Source: Bacilli bacterium
Lineage (GTDB): Bacteria; Bacillota_I; Bacilli_A; RFN20; UBA1709
DNA: 64,000 bases
Assembly (NCBI GenBank): GCA_050949315.1
Contig: JBMNFL010000001.1
Location: 448,001 to 512,000, forward strand
Reading direction: 5' to 3'
Under the pieces are notes generated by a model. The model was given only the letters and a program-made list of their open reading frames with translations. It did no database searches and was not told the DNA's origin. Positions 1-8,434 of this stretch are shown here, one piece after another. Both the position numbers and the translations under genes were made by a program. The first letter of the stretch is position 1, and the number at the start of each line of letters is the position of its first letter.

Positions 1-153
1 TATTTTTCTAAAGCCCGTTACTCCTCCACGGTGCCTGTTAACTATACCCTAGTCAAAGAAGTAAAAAAACACCCTAGTAATAAACCAGGGCTGGTGCTTT
101 TAAAAACCTATAAAACTATTTATATTGATCCTAAAAAAGTTGAAGAAAACTAG
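1..153 (+). CDS. rqcH: C-terminal fragment of RqcH/FbpA (NFACT-R domain) ribosome quality-control protein, truncated by window start
   Basis: Frame +1 reads YFSKARYSSTVPVNYTLVKEVKKHPSNKPGLV...YIDP*, the typical NFACT C-terminal pattern; absent from the ORF track because it has no start. Confidence 0.8.
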   Translation, partial: YFSKARYSSTVPVNYTLVKEVKKHPSNKPGLVLLKTYKTIYIDPKKVEEN

Positions 154-687
154 TTATCGAAACAGATAGACTAGTTTTTTATTGCCATAATGATACTCTT
201 TAATTTGATAAGAAGTCTTTAGTTTTAATTCGTAATCCTCGTCCATTTCAATCATGATTTTAATATTTGGACTAAACAAATTTCTTTCTTCCATCATAGA
301 GATTATTTCTTCATAAATCCCCAGTTTATAAGGTGGATCTAGAATTAAAATATCTACCTGATTATTCAGGACTTTTAACATTTCCTTATAAGATAGTTTT
401 GTAAGTGCATATCCTGATTCAATTCCTAAATTCTCGAGATTCTTTTTAATGACATCGTAGGCCTTTTTAGCCACATCATTAAAGTAAACTTTCTTGGCAC
501 CTCGCGATAGAGCTTCAATACCTAAAGCCCCACTTCCGGCAAATAAGTCTAAGACGGTGGCATCGATAACTTCTTGACCTAAAATATTAAACATCGCTTC
601 TTTAATGCTATCTAAACTTGGTCGCGTATCTAAACCTTTAGGGGCTAGTAAGCGACGAGAACGATACTTCCCTGCTATAACTCGCAT
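154..687 (-). CDS. rsmD: 16S rRNA m2G966 methyltransferase
   Basis: MRVIAGKYRSRRL, TRPS, LDLFAGSG, DPPY motifs. Confidence 0.95.
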   Translation of the reverse strand: MRVIAGKYRSRRLLAPKGLDTRPSLDSIKEAMFNILGQEVIDATVLDLFAGSGALGIEALSRGAKKVYFNDVAKKAYDVIKKNLENLGIESGYALTKLSYKEMLKVLNNQVDILILDPPYKLGIYEEIISMMEERNLFSPNIKIMIEMDEDYELKLKTSYQIKEYHYGNKKLVYLFR

Positions 688-1049
688 TATTTACTTCTCC
701 ATAAACTCTGCCCAAAAGACAGGGGTGAAAACTCAGTAAAGAGTTCATCATTAATTTCTTTTAAAAGGCTATTAGCCACCTTTAAAGCTTCAAGATAGTC
801 TTTAACCTCTTGTCTTTGATAGAGTTCTTCTTTTGCCTGACTGAGTTTTTGTTGATAGGGCTTTAGTTCAAGTTTAAAACGCATCGCCTCTTTTAATTCT
901 TCTTGGGCCGCTTGAAAAGACATGATTAAAAGACCAACTTCTTCGTTTGCTAACATCAGTTGTTCCTTGCTTTTAACCTCTTTAATCTTGGAATTCTTAA
1001 GCAAAGCCTCTCGTAAAAGTTTTACCTTTTCAATAATTTCAATTTCCAT
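687..1049 (-). CDS. YlbF/YmcA (Com_YlbF) family helical regulator
   Basis: 120-aa helical protein with 'VKDYLEA...LLKEINDEL' pattern; 1-bp overlap with rsmD as in Bacilli ylb regions. Confidence 0.65.
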   Translation of the reverse strand: MEIEIIEKVKLLREALLKNSKIKEVKSKEQLMLANEEVGLLIMSFQAAQEELKEAMRFKLELKPYQQKLSQAKEELYQRQEVKDYLEALKVANSLLKEINDELFTEFSPLSFGQSLWRSK

Positions 1050-1155
1050 TTATTCACCTCTATCATTTTAACAATTAGTCCAGAACTGCTCAAGTGTTTT
1101 GATTGTTTTCTTAGGGGTACTAGTTTATAATTAACTCGCATAGGAGGTGGGAAAG

Positions 1156-1731
1156 ATGTTTGAAGCTAAACCAATTCTCCAAGATGGCAATAAACTTTTA
1201 AGAAAGAAATCTAAAAAGGTTAAAAAACCCTATAGTCAAGAAGATCGTGATTTAGCTAAATATCTTCATGACTACCTAGCCTTCACGCAAAAGCCTGAAA
1301 ATATCGAAAAATATAATCTTCGTGCTGGGGTGGGCCTAGCTGCCCCACAACTAGGCGTTTTAAAGCGCATCTGTGCAATTAGAATTGAATATTTTAATGA
1401 TGAAAATGATAAAGAAAAAGTCACTTCGGTGACTAGTTTTGCTTTCATAAATCCTAAAATTATCTCTTATGCCCAAAGAAAAGCCTACATCATCGCTGGT
1501 GAGGGCTGCCTTTCCATTACTGAAGAACACAAGGGTTATGTTCCTAGAGCCGCCTTTGTAACTGTTCAAGGCTACGATGCCCTAACTGAACAGGAGTTAA
1601 CTGTTAAACTACGGGGCTATGAAGCGATTGTCATTCAACATGAATTAGATCACCTTGAAGGCATTCTCTTCTATGACCATATTGATAAAGAAGATCCCTT
1701 TAAAAAGATACCTGGAGCTTTAGAAATCTAA
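1156..1731 (+). CDS. def: Peptide deformylase
   Basis: GVGLAAPQ, EGCLS, QHELDHLEG; RBS AGGAGG at 1142 favours ATG 1156. Confidence 0.97.
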   Translation: MFEAKPILQDGNKLLRKKSKKVKKPYSQEDRDLAKYLHDYLAFTQKPENIEKYNLRAGVGLAAPQLGVLKRICAIRIEYFNDENDKEKVTSVTSFAFINPKIISYAQRKAYIIAGEGCLSITEEHKGYVPRAAFVTVQGYDALTEQELTVKLRGYEAIVIQHELDHLEGILFYDHIDKEDPFKKIPGALEI

Positions 1732-1746
1732 TCTTTGGTGGTTTTT

Positions 1747-2628
1747 ATGTTTAAACGCATTAGAAGAAAAGCCTTATTCTCTACTCTACTTACTTTAACC
1801 ATCTTTCTTTTACTTGCCTGTAATAAACAAACAAGTTCTAGTTCAACAAGCAATAGTTCTACTACAAGTTCAAGTACCTCTACCACAAGCTCAAGTTCCT
1901 CCACTTCATCAAGTTCTAGTTCTTCCTCTACTAGTTCTCCTAGTAGTTCCTCATCATCTTACTATGGTGCGGCAACAGAACAAAGCGGACTTATTCTTAA
2001 AAACACTTTAAGAACCATTATGACAAATAATCATTATCAAACAACTTATAGCGAGATTCGTTATATGTTTGTTGGTAGTGATGCTGATCCTAATCAAGCG
2101 GGAAATCTAATTCTTTTTTATAGTCGTGAATCGGTTTTGGGTGCTTGGGATAACGGAGTAACCTTTAACCGTGAACACGTCTGGCCTCAATCCTTGGGTG
2201 GCTTTGGTAGAGAACTAGCTGGCTCTGATCTCCACCATATACGACCAACTGCTCCTAATGTTAATACTTCTAGAGGAAATAAACCCTTTGCTGAACTAGG
2301 TAATAGCTACACTGCTACAACTAAATATGGCGAGAAAATTGTCGGCTATTCAGATAATAACTATTGGGAGCCACTAGACGAAGTTAAAGGTGACATTGCT
2401 CGTATTATCATGTATCTTATTGTGCGCTACTCTGAATTAGAAACTCGCTTTTCAGAAACAGAACATAGTCCAATCAAAGATGGGAGTTATACTTTATTAC
2501 TCCAGTGGCATAACGATGACCCCGTTGATGATTTAGAAAGAAACCGTAACGAATATATCTATTCCGTCCAAAACAATCGCAATGCCTTCATTGATCATCC
2601 TGAATTTGCTGACCTAATTTGGTCATAA
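1747..2628 (+). CDS. Lipoprotein endonuclease I family (Bsn-like extracellular nuclease) with Ser/Thr linker
   Basis: Lipobox LLAC, poly-Ser/Thr tract, NREHVWPQS, DLHHIRP, KGDIARIIMY, QNNRNAFIDHPE. Confidence 0.9.
   Translation: MFKRIRRKALFSTLLTLTIFLLLACNKQTSSSSTSNSSTTSSSTSTTSSSSSTSSSSSSSSTSSPSSSSSSYYGAATEQSGLILKNTLRTIMTNNHYQTTYSEIRYMFVGSDADPNQAGNLILFYSRESVLGAWDNGVTFNREHVWPQSLGGFGRELAGSDLHHIRPTAPNVNTSRGNKPFAELGNSYTATTKYGEKIVGYSDNNYWEPLDEVKGDIARIIMYLIVRYSELETRFSETEHSPIKDGSYTLLLQWHNDDPVDDLERNRNEYIYSVQNNRNAFIDHPEFADLIWS
1830..1960 (+). repeat. Low-complexity Ser/Thr-coding tract (AGTTCT/AGTTCA-type units)
   Basis: About 43 nearly consecutive Ser/Thr codons after the lipobox. Confidence 0.9.
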
Positions 2629-2640
2629 ACAAAACAATTA

Positions 2641-2711
2641 GTGCCATAATGGCACTTTTTCTATGTTTATTGGTGCCAAATTGGCACTTTTCCTATTGAC
2701 AAAAGATGCCA
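2641..2711 (+). promoter_or_regulatory. Operator/promoter of TA module: two GTGCCA-N3-TGGCAC palindromes (2641-2655, 2673-2687), TTGACA at 2696 and a TGCCA half-site at 2707
   Basis: Perfect palindromes 32 bp apart, directly upstream of an XRE-HTH gene. Confidence 0.75.
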
Positions 2712-2741
2712 TTATTTATTATTATATCGTTGGTGGTAAAA

Positions 2742-3230
2742 ATGAATTTAAGAGAGTATAGAAATAGTCTTGGGATTACAATACAAACGGCAGCCGATGC
2801 TGTTGGCGTGCCTCTACGTACCTATAAGCGATATGAATATGACGAAAACCATGGTGATATTTTAAAAAGAAAATCCATTATTAACTTGCTTAAATCAAAG
2901 TACGAGATAACCGAAGACAAAGGAATACTTAGTATTGATATGATTAAAAATGTAACAAAATCTATATTTGACAAATATGCCGACAAAATAGAATTCTGTT
3001 ATTTGTTTGGCAGTTATGCCAAGGGCAATCCTACCGATACAAGCGATATTGATCTTTGCATTTCTACTTCGTTAACCGGATTAAAATTTGTGGGTTTGAT
3101 AGAAGAATTACGTATTTCATTACATAAAAAAGTGGATTTATTACGCTTCTCTGATTTAAAAGATAATATGGATTTATTGAATGAAATAATGAAAGATGGG
3201 GTCAAAATTTATGAACAACAAAAAGAATGA
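2742..3230 (+). CDS. XRE-HTH fused MNT nucleotidyltransferase antitoxin (MntA-like)
   Basis: N-terminal HTH (LREYRNSLGITIQTAADAVGVPLRTYKRYE); GSYAKG...SDIDL = GSx10DxD. Confidence 0.9.
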   Translation: MNLREYRNSLGITIQTAADAVGVPLRTYKRYEYDENHGDILKRKSIINLLKSKYEITEDKGILSIDMIKNVTKSIFDKYADKIEFCYLFGSYAKGNPTDTSDIDLCISTSLTGLKFVGLIEELRISLHKKVDLLRFSDLKDNMDLLNEIMKDGVKIYEQQKE

Positions 3231-3543
3231 TTATTACTATATTAGTAAAGTGATTAACGATGTCAATTCTATAATAAAATATACCAAAGGGATTACATAT
3301 GATGACTTTGTTTCTGATGAAATGCTTATAGACGCCACAATGTTTAGACTTGTTCAAATGGCCGAAAATATTAATCATCTTTCAAAAGAATATCGTGACA
3401 ATCATAAAAAAATCCCTTGGGAAGAAATAACGGGATTCAGAAACAAAATTGTTCATGAATATGGAAAAACTGATTACACAATTGTCTATGAAATCATTTC
3501 TGAAGATATTTATAAATTAAAAGATGAAATAGAATCCAAGTAA
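3211..3543 (+). CDS. HEPN/DUF86 ribonuclease toxin (HepT-like)
   Basis: IPWEEITGFRNKIVHEY = Rx4HxY; overlaps the MNT gene. Confidence 0.92.
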   Translation: MNNKKNDYYYISKVINDVNSIIKYTKGITYDDFVSDEMLIDATMFRLVQMAENINHLSKEYRDNHKKIPWEEITGFRNKIVHEYGKTDYTIVYEIISEDIYKLKDEIESK

Positions 3544-3580
3544 CACTATCTATTTCTTGTTGATTGGTTTATATATTACT

Positions 3581-4441
3581 CTAAACAGAAAAATAATTTT
3601 GTATTTTAGTAGCAACTTCTGCGGGTTGTTCAAGTTGTACAGGATGATAAGACTTCATAATTTTAGCAGTCTCACAATGCGTTAGTTTTTGATATGATGC
3701 AAGCATTTCACTCTTCAATTCATCAAGTTCAAGGGGTAAGGAAGATTGAAGTAATAAGATAGAACAATCTTGATAATCCATCTTCTTTACCAAACTAGAA
3801 ACCGTTGGAGCATAGTGTAAGGCATAAAAAACTAAAGGGGCTGCTATATTTAATTTAGGTATAACTTCTAAAGGACGATGTCCGAATTCATTGATATAAC
3901 GATAGCTGGCATTATCCTGATAGTAAAGAGCTAATTCTTCTTCACTAAGTTCCTCTTTAAGTTCGGGAAAATATGGCCGACAAATGTTTTCTAAACTTGT
4001 GATAAAAGGTTCTAGTTGTTTTTGTTCATTATACTTTTTAATATAACTTAAATCATGGTAGCCACCATCTAAAAGGACACTTTTAATAACTTCATCCTTA
4101 TACATTGATAGATAAATGGTCCCAATCGCCGCCCCATAAGAATGGCCGACTAAGTAATATCTTTTTAGACCCAAGGCCTGAACAATATTATGGATATATT
4201 CTTGGATTAAAGGATAAGAATAGGCTTCTAATTTAGGTATGGCTTCCGCTTTCCCATGCCCTGGTAAATCAATAAGATAGCAACAAAAGCCTTTTAAGTG
4301 TTTAAGAACCTTTTTAAAAGTCAAGGCATTAGCCCCAAAACCATGAATAAAAACAATGGCTGGATCAGTCAATCTGCCATAACGCAAATATGAGCATTTA
4401 TAACCTGATATAAAAACAAAATTTCTATCTATTTTATCCAT
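3581..4441 (-). CDS. Alpha/beta hydrolase
   Basis: FIHGFG, DLPGHG, GHSYG nucleophile elbow, C-terminal His (YHPVQLEQP); start uncertain. Confidence 0.85.
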   Translation of the reverse strand: MDKIDRNFVFISGYKCSYLRYGRLTDPAIVFIHGFGANALTFKKVLKHLKGFCCYLIDLPGHGKAEAIPKLEAYSYPLIQEYIHNIVQALGLKRYYLVGHSYGAAIGTIYLSMYKDEVIKSVLLDGGYHDLSYIKKYNEQKQLEPFITSLENICRPYFPELKEELSEEELALYYQDNASYRYINEFGHRPLEVIPKLNIAAPLVFYALHYAPTVSSLVKKMDYQDCSILLLQSSLPLELDELKSEMLASYQKLTHCETAKIMKSYHPVQLEQPAEVATKIQNYFSV

Positions 4442-4537
4442 GTTTTTCCCTTTCATCATAAATACGACACAAACTAATCTTCGTATATACAGTATACGCA
4501 AAACTTTTATTTTTCAAAAGTTTTACGCATAGTTTCC

Positions 4538-5902
4538 TTATTTTTGCTTCTTTAATAACATAGATTTATCGAATTTCGTGTTTTTTAGATAATCTTTGAC
4601 TCTATAAACTAGGAATAACGGTAGACTGTATGTTTTCGTGCTTCCCTCTATGTTTTCTCCTATATTATTTAATGAAAATTTAAAACCCACTTCGCTTTCA
4701 TATCTTTTTACAAACACATTATAACTTTTAGCCTTCGTATTTACATTTGCCTTTACTTCCAGCGGAATAACTCTCCCATCATCTTCAATAAGAAAATCTA
4801 GTTCTGCGCTGTTACCTGATCTCCAAAAATAAGTCTTGTATCCTAATAAAACGAGCTCATTATTTACAAAGTTTTCAGTTAAAGAACCCCTAAACCCTCC
4901 TGTTGATTCATCCTTTTCGAGTAAGGATTTAAGCGTAAAACCGGCCATTCGCGATAGGAGCCCTACATCGCATAGATAAATCTTGTAAAATGAGGAGTCC
5001 CTATAAAATGATAAGGGAACTTGCGGATTATCTACTTTGGTAACTACATGAATCAGCCCAGCATCTATCAGCCAGCCTATTGATTTTTCCAAATCTTTTG
5101 CTCTTGTCGATTTTTTGACCCTTGAAAACACGAATTTATTATTATCTTTTGCAAGTTGCTCAGGAATAGATCTCCAGATAAGTTCCAAATTAGTTAATTC
5201 ATTCTGTGGACTATGTCTCGAAAAATCATTTTCATAACCTAAAATGATATTGTCTTGTATCTCATTGACTTTTGATAAATTATGACTTTCAAACCAAATT
5301 TTAACAGCCTCTGGCATGCCTCCCACTAAAAGATAGTTGACATATTCCCTGTTTAAATTTTCTAAAATATAAACAGGTAATGGTTTTGTCATCTCATAGT
5401 TCTCTATACTATTTACTATCTTCCTGCTATCGGATTCAAGCAAGAATTCTTTAAAACTCATGGGATGCATTTCTAAACGATCCACCTTGCCCACTGGAAA
5501 TGACGCCCCTTCTTCCCTAATAGATACTCCCAATAAAGAACCCGCGCCAACTACGCACAATTTTGGCATATCTTCCGCAAAATACTTAAGGGATGTTATG
5601 GCCTTAGGATTGATTTGAATTTCGTCTATAATTAAAAGAGTTTTGCCCGGTATAATTGCCGGCAAAAGGCTTAAATTACTTATGTCTCGCAAGATTCTTT
5701 TTACATCATAGTCATAATTAAAGACATCGGCAATTTGTGGATCTCTTTCTAGGTTTACATAGACATAGCTATCAAAATGTTCTTCGGCGAATTTTCTTAG
5801 AATATAAGTTTTACCACATTGCCTTACTCCAGTTAAAAGAAGTGGCTTGCGGTTTTTCTTGTTTTTCCAAGAAACAAGATCCTTCATAATTTCTCGTTTC
5901 AT
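4538..5902 (-). CDS. AAA_14 ATPase with DUF4143 and C-terminal PD-(D/E)xK-like domain (copy 1)
   Basis: GVRQCGKT Walker A, IIDEIQ Walker B, GGMPE, KIYLCDVG, ELDF...PLEVK; RBS at 5911-5916. Confidence 0.9.
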   Translation of the reverse strand: MKREIMKDLVSWKNKKNRKPLLLTGVRQCGKTYILRKFAEEHFDSYVYVNLERDPQIADVFNYDYDVKRILRDISNLSLLPAIIPGKTLLIIDEIQINPKAITSLKYFAEDMPKLCVVGAGSLLGVSIREEGASFPVGKVDRLEMHPMSFKEFLLESDSRKIVNSIENYEMTKPLPVYILENLNREYVNYLLVGGMPEAVKIWFESHNLSKVNEIQDNIILGYENDFSRHSPQNELTNLELIWRSIPEQLAKDNNKFVFSRVKKSTRAKDLEKSIGWLIDAGLIHVVTKVDNPQVPLSFYRDSSFYKIYLCDVGLLSRMAGFTLKSLLEKDESTGGFRGSLTENFVNNELVLLGYKTYFWRSGNSAELDFLIEDDGRVIPLEVKANVNTKAKSYNVFVKRYESEVGFKFSLNNIGENIEGSTKTYSLPLFLVYRVKDYLKNTKFDKSMLLKKQK

Positions 5903-5932
5903 AAAGAAGTCCTCCCGAACCAATTTTATAAC

Positions 5933-6046
5933 ATTCCTATGCTTTTTGCAATTATTTTAAAATTATTCGTGCCATTTTTGCAGTTATTTTAGAATTATTC
6001 GTGCCATTTTTGCAATTATTCTTAAATTTTTCCTATCCTTTTTGCA
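5933..6046. repeat. 32-bp-period tandem array over the promoter of ATPase copy 1
   Basis: TTTTTGCA anchors at 5943, 5975, 6007, 6039; first two units differ at 2 positions; minus-strand TTGCAA(5951-5946)-17-TAAAAT(5928-5923). Confidence 0.9.
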
Positions 6047-6054
6047 AAACGTCA

Positions 6055-7041
6055 CTAGTTTTCTTTTGTAAAAGCGGCGATACGGGTCTGGACATTTTTC
6101 TCTAAATTTCTATAAAAAAACTGATAATCATATAGATGATAAACCCCATCTTGAAAGATGTCTAATACGGGTGGATATTCTGTCGCAGTCACATCTGTTA
6201 CTTTTAAAGCCCCACGCTCACTATCAATATACGCTCCTGTAAGAGCGGGAATTTCCTTTACGATATTCCCATCGTAATCAGTAAAACAAGCGCCTAGATT
6301 AAGTGTTTTATCAGCCTTAGTTCCATCTGTCTTCCAATTAAGTGGATTGATGGCCAAAGTCTTAGTCCCTTGGGGAATTAACAAAGAATCAGTAACACTT
6401 ATAGCTTCACTATTGAAAGAAATTATTGAGCCAGTATCACTTTCACCACTGGCAAATTCAAGGCCAGGATAAGCCTCTAGTTCAGCTTGAGTTACACTCC
6501 AACCTATTGCATAGCTGGCCACAAGTTTGCTTGTAAAACTCGTGTTCTTAGCATAATCTTTCATAAGACGAATACATAAGTCGGCTCCTTGCGAAAAGCC
6601 AGCGAGAACAAAGGGACGCTCATCATTACAATTCTTTAGATAATAGGAAAAGGCATTCTTGATATCAGAATAGGCGAAGCTAAGATACTGCTCTCTTTCC
6701 GCAACTGGTAACTTATACACATTAAGCCCTGCCTGCCGATAATAGGGGGCAAAGAAACGAGCGTTATCATCGTAAATCCCCTTTTCCATATTCGTGGCCC
6801 CAAGAAAGCTTCTCTTGGTTTCTTCATCATCTATAGCCATATTGAACTTATCTTCAGTACCGCCAAAAACCGTAGGACAAACAAAAAAAACATCAGCGGC
6901 TTTTGTAGACTCCTCATTTTCAAAATAAGCCCAATTGTTTTTATTAGCATAGGATATTTTATTGCTCTTCGTACAAGACGCTAGCAATAGAATTAAACAA
7001 AAGGATAAAAGTGTAGATATGAGCTTTATTCCTCGTTTCAT
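6055..7041 (-). CDS. DUF3089-family lipoprotein (alpha/beta hydrolase fold)
   Basis: Lipobox LASC, ADVFFVCPT, FAPYYRQ, GFSQG, INPLNW, YHLYDY. Confidence 0.85.
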   Translation of the reverse strand: MKRGIKLISTLLSFCLILLLASCTKSNKISYANKNNWAYFENEESTKAADVFFVCPTVFGGTEDKFNMAIDDEETKRSFLGATNMEKGIYDDNARFFAPYYRQAGLNVYKLPVAEREQYLSFAYSDIKNAFSYYLKNCNDERPFVLAGFSQGADLCIRLMKDYAKNTSFTSKLVASYAIGWSVTQAELEAYPGLEFASGESDTGSIISFNSEAISVTDSLLIPQGTKTLAINPLNWKTDGTKADKTLNLGACFTDYDGNIVKEIPALTGAYIDSERGALKVTDVTATEYPPVLDIFQDGVYHLYDYQFFYRNLEKNVQTRIAAFTKEN

Positions 7042-7084
7042 AAGCATCCTCCTTTGGCCCTTTGTTTCCCTCAAAAAGGGCCTT

Positions 7085-8272
7085 TTAAAAACTAACTACG
7101 CGATTTCTTCCTGCTTCCTTAGCTTTATACAAGGCTTGATCGGCATTATCAATAAAATGCTGGATATTCCTTTCGCTAGTTGGCAGGCTAGAATACACGC
7201 CTACACTGACCGTACACTTAAATTCACTATTTTCTTTAAACTCTAATTCTTGGACCTTTTGACGTATTCTTTCGCCCGCGGACACGGCCTGTTCGCTACT
7301 AGTCTCATGTAGGAGAATTAAAAACTCCTCGCCACCATAACGACAGTAAAAATCTAAGGGACGGACATTTTCCGCAATAACCTTAGCGACTACTTTTAAT
7401 ACTTCATCACCAAACAAATGGCCATAGTTGTCATTTACCTTTTTAAAAAAATCAATATCAATAAAAAGGAGTGACACAGTTTTCTTATCCATCAAAGCCC
7501 TTTTATAATAGGCTTCCGCCTTACTCATAAAATACCTTCTATTATAGATTTGTGTCAAAGGATCTAAGTTGCTACTAGCCTTAACCATTTCATACGAACG
7601 CTCATACATCACTAGTAAGAAACCTGAGCCATTTACAAACATCAGTAATACTAACACTAAGAAGGTTCCTATTTGAATATAATTAGTAGTAAACAAACTT
7701 ACATCGGCATTAATCAGTGAATATACGGCCCTAAGCAGAAGCAAGACAAGAAAGAACAAACTAATCGAGCCAATAAATCTTTCAAACTTGCTACCCTGTT
7801 TGTTAGTGATATTTAAGATATTGGGAATTACAAAGACAAGAAAAACACCTAAAGATGCCAGCGCAATGCGAATATTTCCTGTACCACTTATAATTTCAAA
7901 AAGCACAAATAAACCAATTGATAAGGCTAAACAAAGCCCTTGTAAGTTAAACCAGAACCCTTTTTCCTTTTTGTTCATTTTTAGAATAATTAATGAATCC
8001 ACATAAAAACCGACAAAAAGTAGAATATTACCAAAGTAAACGGAAAACACATCACTTATATTCCCACGGAAAAACAAAAAGATCCAGGCAACTGCCTGTA
8101 ATATCTTGGCGATACCAAATCTTTTTAATAGATCCTTTTCGTGATTTGATTCATGATAAAAATAATATCTTAAGGTTAAAAAGGCTAAAGCTAAGTTGCC
8201 CCAGATTAAAATGCCAATTATGGTTTTTACATCTAAATTGAACAAGATTTCCAGTAACTCTTTAAAACTCAT
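7085..8272 (-). CDS. Membrane-bound diguanylate cyclase (GGDEF)
   Basis: About 7 TM helices, DPLTQIYNRR, DIDFFKKVND, RYGGEEF with RPLD I-site. Confidence 0.93.
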   Translation of the reverse strand: MSFKELLEILFNLDVKTIIGILIWGNLALAFLTLRYYFYHESNHEKDLLKRFGIAKILQAVAWIFLFFRGNISDVFSVYFGNILLFVGFYVDSLIILKMNKKEKGFWFNLQGLCLALSIGLFVLFEIISGTGNIRIALASLGVFLVFVIPNILNITNKQGSKFERFIGSISLFFLVLLLLRAVYSLINADVSLFTTNYIQIGTFLVLVLLMFVNGSGFLLVMYERSYEMVKASSNLDPLTQIYNRRYFMSKAEAYYKRALMDKKTVSLLFIDIDFFKKVNDNYGHLFGDEVLKVVAKVIAENVRPLDFYCRYGGEEFLILLHETSSEQAVSAGERIRQKVQELEFKENSEFKCTVSVGVYSSLPTSERNIQHFIDNADQALYKAKEAGRNRVVSF

Positions 8273-8434
8273 CTTTCTGTTTCCTTTCTTTTATGCTCTA
8301 AAACGTGCCGCTAGTTATTATAACATAGCAAGGCCTTCTAAATAAATATCAAGACATATGTTACACTTTCAAAAATGGGGTCTTTAAAGTGGCGACCCGT
8401 TTTATTTCCACCTTTTATTTTTTTCGCTTTCATT

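Noticed and set aside
5933-6046. CRISPR interpretation of the 32-bp array (and of the 23-bp arrays at 35.6 and 43.4 kb)
   Set aside because: Units are contiguous with no unique spacers, and there are no cas genes in the window
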